DNA of 64,000 bases from Octopus sinensis (lineage: Eukaryota). Positions 28,693 to 42,318 of the stretch are shown one piece after another. The DNA is taken from the NCBI RefSeq assembly GCF_006345805.1, contig NW_021833283.1, positions 12,905 to 76,904 of the forward strand, written 5' to 3'. The translations under genes and the position numbers were made by a program. The first letter of the stretch is position 1; every line of letters begins with the position of its first letter. The notes beneath the pieces are model-generated. The model saw only the letters and a program-made list of their open reading frames with translations. It searched no databases and was not told the DNA's origin.

Positions 28693-29036
28693 GCCTGCCT
28701 CAGTAAAGCTGGACTCAAGAATCCTCCTCGTAGTCATAAATCGAGACAGATGAGTGACAACCTGGCCACTGGTGGTGGTGTAACACACCACACTAATTAT
28801 ATCTGTCGGGCATGTGGAAGAGAGTGTAATTCGGCAGGAGGACTTAAACGACATGCAAAGGTACATGAAGCCCAGTTACAACTACTGCCGGCTATTACCG
28901 GTAAAGGTTTTAGTTGCCAATTCTGTACAAGACATTGTAGATCTTTGGCTGGGCTAAAAAGTCACATTTGATCACAGCACCAGTAACAGTTAAGCTTCGT
29001 GCAATGGCTATACTCGATAACGAGGGGGCAGCCATA
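28693..29036 (+). mobile_element. 3' fragment of an RTE-clade LINE with tandem C2H2 zinc fingers (5'-truncated)
   Basis: Frame from 28693: [57 protein letters not shown]; short 3' UTR ending CTCGATAACGAGGGGGCAGCC (RTE-type stem-loop); embedded in (TA)n. Confidence 0.75.
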
Positions 29037-29038
29037 TA

Positions 29039-29080
<42 letters not shown>

Positions 29081-30155
29081 GCCCTTACTCATACACACAC
29101 ATGAATACAAATGTTATGAAAAAAGTTGTGCTCCAAGTTTGCAGTTTTAAAATATGCGCATGCGTAGCAGCGATCATTTACAAGAAGTAATTGATGGTCA
29201 ACTATTTCAGCATTTCGAAGTCCATTATAACAAGTACATTTTTAATTTCAAGTACGGAACTCCCTTCAACTCTTACATAAATACATACATGAAAACACAT
29301 ACATGGGACATACACATATACAAATACAATATTATATATGAATACATGCATAAACGTATAGGTATACATACCAGCACACACCACAAAAGTATATATATAT
29401 GTGTGTGTGTGTGTGTGTTGTGTATGAGCATGTGCGTATTGGTGAATACCTCATTTTTAGGTAAAATAAGAGTAAATATAAAAAATGAATTGGTGTCTTT
29501 CGAGTAAAAAATTCCTTTTTACTTTATAACAGAAATGAATATGCAAAAGAATTTCTATTTCGTTTTAGTGATGAAAATTAGAAAAATATCCTGGTGATTC
29601 GTTGGTTCTTTTAACCTTAGCACTTAAAATTCCCAGCATGGTAGCATGCGATTATCAAGTAATATAGCCTTTATAATAATTTTCTGCTTTTATCTTTCTA
29701 TTTCATTAGCCAACACAAAACAAAACTGATACGAAAATGAATTCACAAAAGCTGCAGAACTGGGTGACATTCTATAGAATATAAACACATTCCTAGGTCG
29801 AATAATTATTTTAATGACTATGAAATGCAGGTCCACTGGGAAATATAGATTACTACATTAAACTCGTTTTATAAAGGGGTTTCCCAACAAAATTTTGCAT
29901 GACGGTTACGTAATAACAACTACAATGGATGTAAAACAATAATAGAAGAAATAAATGAATTCATTGAATTTTAGCACTACATTGATCTTTATGAGTTAGG
30001 AATTTCTGCCGAATTTCCTACACTAACACAAATAAATAAAAGAATAATAATCACTTTGCGTAATGTATCATGAACGTCACACGCAACGACTTTGTCGTAG
30101 TAAAAATTGTGCTCCAAATATGTAAACACTGAGTTATATATACTATAGATTTAGG

Positions 30156-30567
30156 GGCGGCGAGCTGGCAAAATCGTTAGCATGCCGGGCGAAATGCTTA
30201 GCGGTATTTTGTCTGCCGCTACGTTCTGAGTTCAAATTCCGCCGATGTCGACTTTGCCTTTCATCCATTCGGGGTCGATTAAATAAGAACCAGTTACGCA
30301 CTGGAGTCGATATAATCGACTTAATCCGTTTGTCTGTCCTTGTTTGTCCCCTTTATGTTTAGCCCCTTGTGGGTAGTAAAGAAATAGGTATTTCGTCTGC
30401 CGCTACGTTCTGAGTTCAAATTCCGCCGAGGTCGACTTTGCCTTTCATCGTTTCGGAGTCGATTAAATAAGTACCAGTACGCAGTGGGGTCGATATAATC
30501 GACTTAATCCGTTTGTCTGTCCTTGTTTGTCCCTTCTGTTTTTAGCCCCTTGTGTGTAGTAAAGAAA
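30156..30567 (+). mobile_element. SINE family A, head-to-tail dimer
   Basis: Unit 1 about 30156-30389; unit 2 restarts at GGTATTTCGTCTGCC. Confidence 0.93.
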
Positions 30568-30655
30568 GATATATTATGGATTTTAACATTGCACCAGTAC
30601 TGTCTTATAGCACGAATACACACGGACACACACATACACACACACAGATATGCAC

Positions 30656-30695
<40 letters not shown>

Positions 30696-30789
30696 GTCAG
30701 GGAAACGAACTTCCTATCTAGTGTTCGTTACTGCAACATCCTAATCATTAGTCGATGTGCCTTCACACACACATGCACACGCGCTCATA

Positions 30790-30834
<45 letters not shown>

Positions 30835-30837
30835 TGT

Positions 30838-31023
30838 TTTCTACTCTAGGCACAAGGCCAGTCGATTAGATCGACTCCAGTACGCAACTGGTACATAATT
30901 TATCGACACCGAAAGGATGAAAGGCTAAGTCTACCGCGCCGGAATTTGAACTCAGAACGTAAAGACAGACGAAATATCGCTAAGCATTTCGCCCGGCGTG
31001 CTATCGTTTCTGCCAGCTCACCG
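30838..31023 (-). mobile_element. SINE family A (short-tail variant)
   Basis: Match to the family A head and core. Confidence 0.88.
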
Positions 31024-31025
31024 AC

Positions 31026-31068
<43 letters not shown>

Positions 31069-31071
<3 letters not shown>

Positions 31072-31298
31072 TTCTTTACTGCCCACAAGGGGCTAAACAC
31101 AGAAGGGACAAAGAAGGACAGACAACGGATTAAGTCAATTATATCGACCCCAGTGCGTGATTGATACTTAATTTATCGACCCCGGAAGAATGAAAGGCCA
31201 AGTCGACCTCTTCGGAATTTGAACTCAGAACGTAGCGGCAGACGAAATACGGCTACGTATTTCGCCCGGTGTGCTAACGTTTCTGCCAGCTCGCCGCC
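31069..31298 (-). mobile_element. SINE family A within (CA)n
   Basis: Full match to family A. Confidence 0.92.
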
Positions 31299-31299
31299 G

Positions 31300-31351
<52 letters not shown>

Positions 31352-31782
31352 TAGTTCGATTGTGATGTGCCAACGACTGTGCTTATACTTCCACGCATAA
31401 TTAAATATGTCAAGGTAAATTTCTTTTAGCCCTCGTATATTTTCAATGCTTGGGAGACATATTTTGATGTTTCTTTGCGTCAAGTGACATTTTTGTTTGC
31501 AGTACTTTTTCAAAAATTACATCGCACATAAAATTGATAATTATTCCTAAACTAAACTTCCCTTCAGTAAGTGACAATAGGGACAAACAAGAAGTCAACG
31601 ATAACGGTAACTGCAATAATTTTAGAGGGAACTGGTATTTGAATTTCAATAAATTTTCAAAAGATACGAAATGCGACGTGGTTATAACTGAAGTTGCTAC
31701 GACTTGCGAGCGTCATGACAGACATTTTCCTTTTTGCCAAACGCTATCTTTCTTCTCGTTATTCCATTTGTATTTCTCTCTG

Positions 31783-31827
<45 letters not shown>

Positions 31828-32591
31828 TACTCCCCCTCCCTCTCTCTCTCTCACGCACATTCACACTCTCTCTCTATCTATTTCTTTCTCTTTATATCTA
31901 TTTCTCACTCTATATATTTCTCTCTCAATATATATATTTCTCTCTCTTTCTATCTATCTATCTATCTATCTATTTCTCACTCCCTCTCTCTCCCGATTGT
32001 TGCGTTCATTTCTTTCACCTTTCTCTCCTCTCACCGCATGAGTTCTGTGAATCATTCGGCTATAACTGCACACTCAATGAAGCTTGACAAGCATCGTCTA
32101 ATCGCATGTCTGCATTTCAATTTAATAATAATAATGATACTAAAAATATCTATAATAATAACAATAAGAACAATGAGGTATTATTGGAGTTTAATATATT
32201 TTTATATTCTTAAAATGTTTAATACATATTTTTTTCCTGTCTATCACGCAGCGCTCGTTATCTGTCACTTCTGCTTATTGCTTTTGCTATATTTTTTTAT
32301 TGAAATTTTGTTTTAATATTTTAGGCTATTAAATTGCGTTATAAAACAGAAGGGACAGAAGAGTATTGCTGTGAAGACACGATATTTAGGGAGATAGCAG
32401 ATGTTAAATTATAAATTTTATGAAATTTAGTTTCGTTAAGTTCAAGTCCTTGAAGGCTTGACATTTGCTAATTTTATCACTTGGTCTTCAGTATAGTATA
32501 CACCGTATTACAACAAATCAGTTTTGTACGATACATTCAGTCGTTTGAAATGCGCCATTGTGTTAAGTTAAATTATATAGTTATATTCTAA

Positions 32592-33007
32592 GGCGGCGAC
32601 TGGCAGAGACGTTAGCACGCTGGGCGAAATATTTAGAGGTATTTCATTTGCCGTTACGTTCAAATTCCAGCGATATCGACTTTGCCTTTCATCCTTTCGG
32701 GGTCGATAAACTAAGTACCAGTTACGCACTGGGGTCGATGTGATTGACTTAATCCTTTTGTCTGTCCTTGTTTGCCCCCTCAATATTTAGCGTTTTGTGG
32801 GCAATGAAATAAATAAGAAACTTTAGCACGCCGAGCGAAATACAGTATTTCGTCTGCCGTTACGTTGTGAGTTCAAATTCTGCCGAGGTCGACTGTGCCA
32901 TTCATCCTTTCGGGGTCGATAAATATAGTTCCAGTTGCGTACTGGGGCGGTTTAATTGACTGGCTCCTTCCCCCAAAATTTCGGGCCTTGTGCCTATTAT
33001 AGAAAAG
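32592..33007 (+). mobile_element. SINE family A dimer
   Basis: Two cores; second unit ends in the CCCCAAAATTTCGGGCCTTGTGCCT tail. Confidence 0.9.
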
Positions 33008-33401
33008 TATATAGTTATCTGTTATATATAGAATATAAAACTAATAAAGATACCCTTGACATAAAGCTGATATCATTTCCCAACTGTAGCAATTTCATTT
33101 ACACACCTAACACTAGTTGGAAAGCACGATCATTATATCTGCATATAATATATGGCTAGATTTAATAGAAAAAAATCGTGATTAATTAAGAGGAGTGACA
33201 ATTACCAGTTGGCGATGGGAAGTGGTTCTCAATGCAAATATATATACATATACTTTTTCCAGTGATGAAAAGTCACTGATCTCGAAAAATTGGAAACAAG
33301 CAAAAATAAATATCTGAGCGACGTATAAACATTAGCTGCACGACCTCGTGAAGTACATTTGCCATCTAAATGTGGGTAACCCTTAAGAGTTGATGTTACT
33401 G

Positions 33402-33573
33402 TAGCTTGTAGACCCAGGAAGACATCTCCAGCTGGATATTGACACACTTTTTGTGTCCTAACACTCGATTCCGTGTGTATCACGTCAGGCTGGAGAGGGA
33501 AAAGATACTGATAGGGCACAGAAAATGTGTCAATAACCAGCTGGAGAAGATGTCTTCCTGGGACTACAATCTA
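33402..33573. mobile_element. MITE-like foldback element with ~60-bp inverted arms
   Basis: 33406-33460 is the reverse complement of 33512-33569 with a few mismatches and one 3-nt indel; ~50-nt spacer. Confidence 0.7.
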
Positions 33574-33576
33574 TAC

Positions 33577-33614
<38 letters not shown>

Positions 33615-33669
33615 CTTTATACATATATATATATATATAAACACACACACATACATACATATATAACTG

Positions 33670-33900
33670 TGCGTGCGTGTGTCTATGAATTTCTTGCGTC
33701 TGATTTCGTTCTCCCACCGCTTGAAACCCCACAGGTGGTGTTGGGTTGTTTACCTCCTTTTCATGTAGTGATTCGGGCAAATGTGTTTATAATATAAGCA
33801 CCAGGCTTAAAAAATATGTACAGGGTCTGAATTCTTCGACAAACGCTTTCAATGCAGTGCGTCAACATGGCCACAGTTCAAATCCGAGAAAATTAAAGCA
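33670..33900 (+). mobile_element. Degenerate SINE family B, 3' half
   Basis: CCACCGCTTGA..GGTGTTGG..GTGATTCGGGCAAA..ATAAGCACCAGGCTTA..CATGGCCACAG. Confidence 0.6.
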
Positions 33901-34569
33901 TAAATAACAAATATTTCTGTAAGAGAAATTTTATATTTTTAAGGATAAGGTCAGAACGGACCTAAAATATGAATATAGCAGTTCGTCAAATGTTGTGGGA
34001 AAATTTTTATCTGAGCGAAATAAGTAGTCGGGGAAATATTATATCCTTCGATGCGGGGCATCCATCTGGGCCATCGTAAGCGACTGAAAATGGTGTAAAT
34101 GAATAAAATAATATAGATTCAATAGACAAAGGATCAATGCTGTGTGGGTAGCAGTACATTGAACTGTATCATCAATATGATATCTTATATCCTTATATCA
34201 GATCTGAAATGATAAAAAAAAAAAAATGCAATTTTTGGCAGCATTTGAACTTGAAGCTAAGAAGATACAAACTAAATAAGCTGTAATACATTTAGTCTGA
34301 CAGTCTGCTGTCTCAGCACATTCAACTACTCAAAACCATTATATCCATTCTTCTATTTCTTTACTTTCAGTAATGTTCTGGAAGACAGTTTAAGCTAGGA
34401 ATATTACCATTTTGATTGTCAGCCTAATATCAAAATCTCACATTTTGCTTTCAAATATTTTCACTTCGCTCTTAATCAATTGTATACAATACTGAAATAT
34501 ATACAATTTGAATCAGGAACCCATTAGTGTAAACTATAATTTTGTAATGTAATATACGGATGAAACTAA

Positions 34570-35112
<543 letters not shown>

Positions 35113-35743
35113 TTGCAAGCTGGAAGCTAGCTACAAGTTGTATTCTCAAGAATTAAATGAAAACACATTGCGATTCACATACGCATTTGAGTGTGCACCA
35201 CATAGTAAATGGTGCTTTACTAATATATAAACACAAAATAGTATAAGTGAGCTCTCTCTTTTTCTATCTCTCCTTTCTTTCCTTCTCTTCATTCTCTTCT
35301 CTCTACTCCCTCTACATCTCTCTTTCTCTCTCCCTTTCCACACACACACACACACTCTCTCTCTCTCTCTATCTATCTATCCGTGATGATATGTACACGG
35401 GGTTATATTTTTCTTATGTCACTTCAGAATATGCTTCTATCTGCACATAGCAACAAGAAAATGTTCCACACTTTGTAGAAGTGGTCTTTGTATGGTAGCG
35501 ATATCGTATAATGTTTTATGAATTATAGCATTATAATAGATAAATTGTATATGATAGGAATTTAGAAGGATGAAAAAAATGTCGACAACATTTGATTTTG
35601 CTAATACGGGGAGAAGAAGCCAACACCATGCCGTAACTCCTGTTAAATATCAATGATTATTAGATATAATTATGCTACAAGTGGCGCAAATATTGTGTGT
35701 GACAGCTACACGTCTATTTTATGTAAGATATAAAGTCTATCCC

Positions 35744-36137
35744 AGTGGAGGCGCAATGGCCCAGTGGTTAGGGCAGCGGACTCGCGGTCATAGGATCGCG
35801 GTTTCGATTCCCAGACCGGGCGTTGTGAGTGTTTATTGAGCGAAAACACCTGAAGGTCCACGAGACCGGGCGTTGTGAGTGTTTATTGAGCGAAAACACC
35901 TGAAGGTCCACGAGTCCCTGCTGTACTCTTTCACCACAACTTTCTATCACTCTTACCTGTATTTCAAAGGGCCGGCCTTGTCACTCTCTGTGTCACGCTG
36001 AATATCCCCGAGAACTACGTTAAGGGTACAAGTGTCTGTTGAGTGCGCAGCCACTTACACGTTAATTTCACGAGCAGGCTGTTCCGTTGATTCGGATCAA
36101 CCGGAACCCTCGTCGTCGTAACCGACGGAGTGCTTCC
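35744..36137 (+). mobile_element. tRNA-derived SINE family C2 (RTE-like tail) with perfect 12-bp TSD and internal 50-bp duplication
   Basis: A box TGGCCCAGTGG, B box GTTTCGATTCC; AAAGTCTATCCC at 35732-35743 and 36138-36149; 35813-35862 is identical to 35863-35912. Confidence 0.93.
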
Positions 36138-36328
36138 AAAGTCTATCCCGTTTTAAGTTTTTGCTAATAAAGGTACATGTCGCAATTCATACGTGCTTAG
36201 GTGTCATAGGTAGAGATCAGAACATGAGTCTCTCATACTTTAGATTCTTGGTATAATTTACTTTATGATTGCTTCCAGTTTTCGCTTCTGAGTATTTTCC
36301 TCTGTACGTGTATGTGCGTGTGTGCATG

Positions 36329-36880
36329 CTGGGTGCGCCCAAAATGCATACACACAATGAATGGGATAAAATCAGTGTTTATTTAAATAAATTTAATCTT
36401 CAAAATTTAATAGGATCCGCACAGAATTTTCACGAACATCTGTTTTCGGATTGATGACCGATCTGGTCCAGACATTATTGATAAGGTAAAGCAATGGAAT
36501 AGTTCGGTCCCTGTGCGAATTATTCATGGGCTGTCGACACTCATTTGCTTTGTTCTATAAAATTTATATTTATAAAAGTCTATAACACAAGTTTTGGTAC
36601 TGTGAGGTCCGGTGAACGCGGATTGTATTCCGTTTGGAAAAATCTCATCAAAGCAGACCCTTGCATTACTATGGTTGTATCAGAGTGCCCTCATGTTGCT
36701 GGACTTAATCTCTAAATCTGAAAGTCCCTCTGAATAAATGCCATGAGAAATTGTGGCTGCGATTTCAAGTAAATGAACCCAGTTTCATTTAATCCATTGG
36801 ATAAGTCACACCATACGGTAGCATTTGGTAAACTAACATGATTTTCCTCTGTAATATGTAAATTCTTAGACCCCCCCCCA
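36329..36880 (-). pseudogene. Decayed Tc1/mariner-superfamily transposase, C-terminal part plus probable TIR end
   Basis: Minus-strand NLHITEENHVSLPNATVWCDLS and EYNPRSPDLT (36601-36630; cf. WPPRSPDL motif); terminus GGGTGCGCCCAAAA is TIR-like. Confidence 0.72.
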
Positions 36881-37103
36881 GCAGCTGCAAATGCGGCGGT
36901 TACTCGAGCCATTTAATTGAAACGTATCTTCATTACTCTGAATAATATTGTTGTGTACTTTCTACGCATCTTGCCAAATACCAGCTGCCAAAGTCCAAGA
37001 CTTTGATATAGATCATCTTTCTTTGAGAGCATAGACTATTCGTGGAATTAACTTCATATCTCAGCTTGCTGCACAAATTTTCTTTAGCTCTGGTAAAATA
37101 TTT

Positions 37104-37513
37104 ATTCTCTTTTACTCTTTTACTTGTTTCAGTCATTTGACTGCGGCCATGCTGGAGCACCGCCTTTAATCGAGCAACTCGACCCCGGGACTTATTCTTT
37201 GTAAGCCCAGTACTTATTCTATCGGTCTCTTTTGCCGAACCGCTAAGTAACGGGGACATAAACACACCAGCATCGGTTGCCAAGCAATGATAGGGGGACA
37301 AACACAGACACACAAACGCACACACGCATATATATATATATACATATATAGGACGGGCTTCTTTCAGTTTCCGTCTCCCAAATCCACTCACAAGGCATTG
37401 GTCGGCTCGAGGCTATAGAAGAAAACACTTGCCCAAGGTGCCACGCAGTGGGACTGAACCCGGAACCATGTGGTTGGTAAGCAAGCTACTTACCACACAG
37501 CCACTCCTGCGCC
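37104..37513 (-). mobile_element. SINE family B (CORE-like), full length
   Basis: Reverse complement of 7944-8357 with few differences. Confidence 0.92.
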
Positions 37514-37524
37514 TATATATATAG

Positions 37525-37870
37525 GGAATTCTGGAAGGTCTACCTCCCGATTATGGAATTGAAAGCGATACTAACCGTCGAATTGGATAGCATTGCATCA
37601 TACCAAACATACCGTCTTCTTAATCCGAATAAGGAGCCCACTAATATCTTGCGTTTCAGGGGCCCGGAACTATTCAATGTTCTACTAAGCAGCCTCAGAG
37701 ATTTGCCGAGCGTAGATATGGACTTCCTCAAAGTACGACGGGAAAATCTTTTATCTGGGAAACCAGACGAATCGACACAGCAGCAGTCTGCAAAAAGAAG
37801 AGGGACTCCAACCAACTCGTTTCTGTACTAGAAACAATACTGAGAGGAAACCCAATCATAGCATAGCTTA
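37525..37870 (+). pseudogene. 3' fragment of CR1-group LINE ORF2 (frameshifted)
   Basis: ILEGLPPDYGIESDTNRRIG*HCIIP, then FRGPELFNVLLSSLRDL..FLK..LLSGKPDE..NS, matching the FxxRxxxxWN.LP / FKxxLD C-terminus pattern of CR1/L2-group RTs. Confidence 0.72.
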
Positions 37871-38756
37871 ATCCTCTGACTGAAACATACTTGTATACAT
37901 AGCATGGCCTAAAACTTTGGTTCAAGCAACGAATAATACATTGAAACGATATATATATGTATATGTATGTATGTATGTATGAATGTATGTATGTATGTAT
38001 GTATGTATGTATGTATGTATGTATGTATATATAATTGTTCACAATTTTCTGTCTACTATATAATCAGTGAGAGTACATAGCACAGTAGTTGCAAGAGGAG
38101 AAGGGAAAATTAAATTTTATATGAGAATATAAATAATGATGATAATGATGATGATGATGACGAGGAGGATGATGATAATGATGATGATGATGATGATGAT
38201 GACTACGACGAAAATATTTTATGAAGATACCATTTTTAATGCACATTTTATTGTACATCGCACCACAAATTATAAACAAAACAGCTCCTACAAAATAACC
38301 TCACTTCCACAAACACTTCCATGAAAAACTCCAACCACTACACCCAACGCTACCACCGGCAGCAGAGCCTCCACTCATTAATATCAATCACCACCGTCGT
38401 CGTCATCATCATCTCATCATCATCGTCGTTGTCGTCATCACAAATCCAACAACTGAGTTGTTTTAATAAAATATTATCAAATATACTAATAAAAACAATA
38501 TTCGCAGATTATTAATAACAATGTTAAATACAAAAATATTTAATAATATTTATAATAATGATAATTAAGTGGTTTTATGATGCAGTTCTATTCTAACATA
38601 CTTGTATATACAGGCTTCATACACGCACATCGCATTCACACTCAAATATACATACCTATGCGTGTGTGTGTGTGAGTGTGAGGTCCGTGTATGTATGTAT
38701 ATAGACATTATTGAATATGTATAATATATATATATATAATATATATATATATATAT

Positions 38757-38813
<57 letters not shown>

Positions 38814-38829
38814 GTGCATGTGTGTGCGT

Positions 38830-38863
<34 letters not shown>

Positions 38864-38895
38864 CTATCTATCTATATATATATATATATATATAG

Positions 38896-38932
<37 letters not shown>

Positions 38933-38991
38933 ATATATAATATATATATATATTATATATATATATATGTATATATACATATCTATCTATC

Positions 38992-39023
<32 letters not shown>

Positions 39024-39808
39024 GTATATTACACATATTCAAATATATACAAATAAATACATTATGCATACATATGTATATGTATATATATGTATATATA
39101 AATATAAATGTACATACATATATACATACATATTTAACCTTACAGACATAGGCTGAAATATAGTAATGGAATAGAATTAATACAAGTGGGGGTAGTTAAT
39201 GAAATTCAAGAATGAATGTTAGGTGTAGGGTTTGCTGTTTTATTGAGAGATCAGGCTTTCGGAACTGGTAATTGGATGGAGGAAAAGCGGTGTGGGGAAT
39301 GACGTTGTGGAAGTGAAATTGAAACAGAGCAGTAATGGGAGTAATTGTGATGAGGTGAATTAGAAGCTGCAATTCCAATTTGGCGAAAGGTTGGTCCGAT
39401 CTCTAAAACCTGCGGCGCACACATTCACGATCCTAAGCCTCGGTTTGATGAACATGAATCATTTGTGTTTTTGTGGTCGGAAGGGGGTTCATTTTTTTTC
39501 TTATTATTTGCACTTTGCTTCAATTCTGAGAAGTGGGTGGTATGGAACTTTTGCAGGCTTCTGTGTACGGATTAATTATCATCAAGTTCTTTCTAATCAT
39601 GGTGCTGATAATATAGTATTTTTGGTGGTTGCTTGAACACGTGTTGGTTATGTTTGTCATAGTACTGCTAGTTGTCTTGTGGTTATGGCTGGTAGTGGTG
39701 CTGATATTGTTAGTGGCTCTCGAGCTGATTTTCAACATTGTAGTGCTAGCTGCATTGATACTGATGCTGTCCTAAGAGCTCTTCATGGTAATAATGTTGG
39801 CAATCTAA

Positions 39809-40203
39809 GGCGGCGAGCTGGCAGAAACGTTAACACGCCGGGCGAAATGCGTAGCCGTATTTCCTCTGCCGTTACGTTCTGAGTTCAAATTCCGCCGAGG
39901 TCGACTTTGCCTTTCATCCTTTCGGGGTCGATTAAATAAGTACCAGTTACGTACTGGGGTCGATATAATCGACTTAATCTGCTTGTCTGTCCTTGTTTGT
40001 TTCCTCTGTGTTTAGCTCCTAGTGGGTAGTAAAGAAATAGGTATTTCGTATGTCTTTACGTTCTGAGTTCAAATTCCGACGATGTCGACTTTGCCTTTCA
40101 TCCTTTCGGAGTCGATATATTAAATACCAGTCAAGTACTGGGATCGATCTAATCGACTGGCTCCCTCCCCAAAATTTCGGGCCCTGTGCATAGAGGAGAA
40201 AAG
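39809..40203 (+). mobile_element. SINE family A dimer with near-perfect 15-bp flanking repeat
   Basis: AATAATG(T/A)TGGCAAT at 39790-39804 and 40204-40218. Confidence 0.92.
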
Positions 40204-41463
40204 AATAATGATGGCAATAGTGATAATGGTTGCGATGTCGACTGCGGTGAATGTGATGGCTGTCAAATTTTGCTAACGGTGATGTGAGAGGTAATGGAAT
40301 GGTCAAGTGACGGATGTGTTGTTCATATATTGGTGCTGTTGATAGTGATAGTGATGAAAATGATAGTACAGGCTTGAAAAACTTCATTGTGATGATATTG
40401 GTAGCGGTAGTAGTGACGGTGGGTTCTGCTGGAGGCGATGATGAAGTTGCTGGTAATGGAGGAGATGGTAATGAAGGTTGTAAAGATGAAGGTGATGGTG
40501 ATGAAGTGATGATGCTGACGTTGATGATGAAGGAGTTGGTAATATTTAAAGTGGTGGTGTTGAAGCTGGATACGAGTAAGATCAGGAGTGATCAGGTGCT
40601 GATGGCGCCGTCATAAAGAGCTTGGTGGAGATGGTGATTATGTGGTCTTGGTGAAATTGATAGTGAAGGTCGCAGCGATGAAGCTGTTCACGGAAGTGGA
40701 GGTGGTGGATATGGTAGTAATAAAGGTGGAGGTAATCATGGTAGTAATGATGCATTTCCGCCTTTGATGAACCGACTAAAAGTCCTCATTTTCGAATCTA
40801 CTTTTATCAATTCTGTATCATCAAATCATTTTCTCCTAAGACTTTCCTTTATTTAACCGAACAGGTAGATGCTGACGTGTGTCAGCTCCATGTCGTATGG
40901 TGGATAGAAGATTAATGATCGATCTAATTTGTTGATTACCAGATTTGTTACGAATGATTGTGTGTGTTTGCACACTATCACCGTTAATATAGAGCGTCTT
41001 CAAATTTTTGTTTGCAGTATTTCTTTTTTATGAATTGTATTGTTATATAGCATATTGTTAAATTTCGAGATGGTCATTTTTTTCTTTTTATTTCTGCCAA
41101 ATAAACACACGCACTATATATTCGTTCTTCACTCGCTTATACTTATTCTTATTTTTTCTTATATCCTTTGTATGGAAATCTTTCTTCACACACCTGCGAT
41201 CTCTTCAGAAAAAGAAAAAGATCATCTCGAAATTTAACAATATCTGTTTCAACATATGATTTCTCATCAGAAAGCAAATACATAAACGTAAATTTCCATA
41301 AGCCTTTTTTGTAGTATCTCGATGTACGGTGCGTTGCTTACAGTATAGCTATGTACCAGAAAATCAAGCAGAATGACGTTATTATCCTCTCGCTTCCAAT
41401 GAAAAGCATCCACCATTAAATTCTGTGTCGATCGCTGATTCTTGAACGCCTTAAGAGCTGGCG

Positions 41464-41803
41464 GCGGACTCGCGGTTTCGATTTCCAGACCGGGCGTTGT
41501 GAGTGTTTATTGAGCGAAAGCACCTAAATGCTCCACGAGGCTCCGGCAGGGGATGGTGGTGATCCCTGCTGTACTCTTTCACCACAACTTTATCTCACTC
41601 TTACTTCCTGTTTCTGTTGTACCTGTATTTCAAAGAGCCGGCCTTGTCACGCTCTGTGTCACGCTGAATATCCCCGAGAACTACGTTAAGGGTACACGTG
41701 TCTGTGGAGTGCTCAGCCACTTACACGTTAATATCACGAGCAGGCTGTTCGGTTGATCGGATCAACCGGAACCCTCGTCGTCGTAACCGACGGAGTGCTT
41801 CCA
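41464..41803 (+). mobile_element. SINE family C2, 5'-truncated
   Basis: Matches the 35744 copy; flanks TAAGAGCTGGCG and TAAGGAGCTGGCG. Confidence 0.92.
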
Positions 41804-42239
41804 TAAGGAGCTGGCGAGAAAGTGTGATTCCATTGCAATGATTACGCTTTGCATCCGGATCATATATGTATGTCTACATTTTTATCCCTAGTCAAAAGAT
41901 CAAAACAAAACGTGCTTTCAGTGGTTTCAAACACTCTCAGTAGATCCCTATAAACCCCTAACTTTCTCTCTTTCAAATTAGGGGTAAGCTCTCCCTTTTG
42001 CTAAAAGTCTTCAACCATCTTCTGTAATGCATTGTGATCACAGTCAATTTGTGCAGCAAACACACGAAGTCTGTCCACAGGTATCTGTCTGTCCCCTGGT
42101 ATCAATTTGTCCCCTCAGTAGTAATTCGTTTCATTAGTTGACTGTCTCTCAGTGGGTGGTATATTTTCAGCATTGTTTCCGTTCCTTTAAACTTGTTATC
42201 CATCTGAGCATATTGCTATTTGTGAAGAATGCCATTTCG

Positions 42240-42258
42240 GACAGTGACCTTGGTAATG

Positions 42259-42318
<60 letters not shown>

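Noticed and set aside
31534-32316. Longest ORF (260 aa)
   Set aside because: Runs through (CT)n/(CTAT)n; non-ATG start; no recognisable domain
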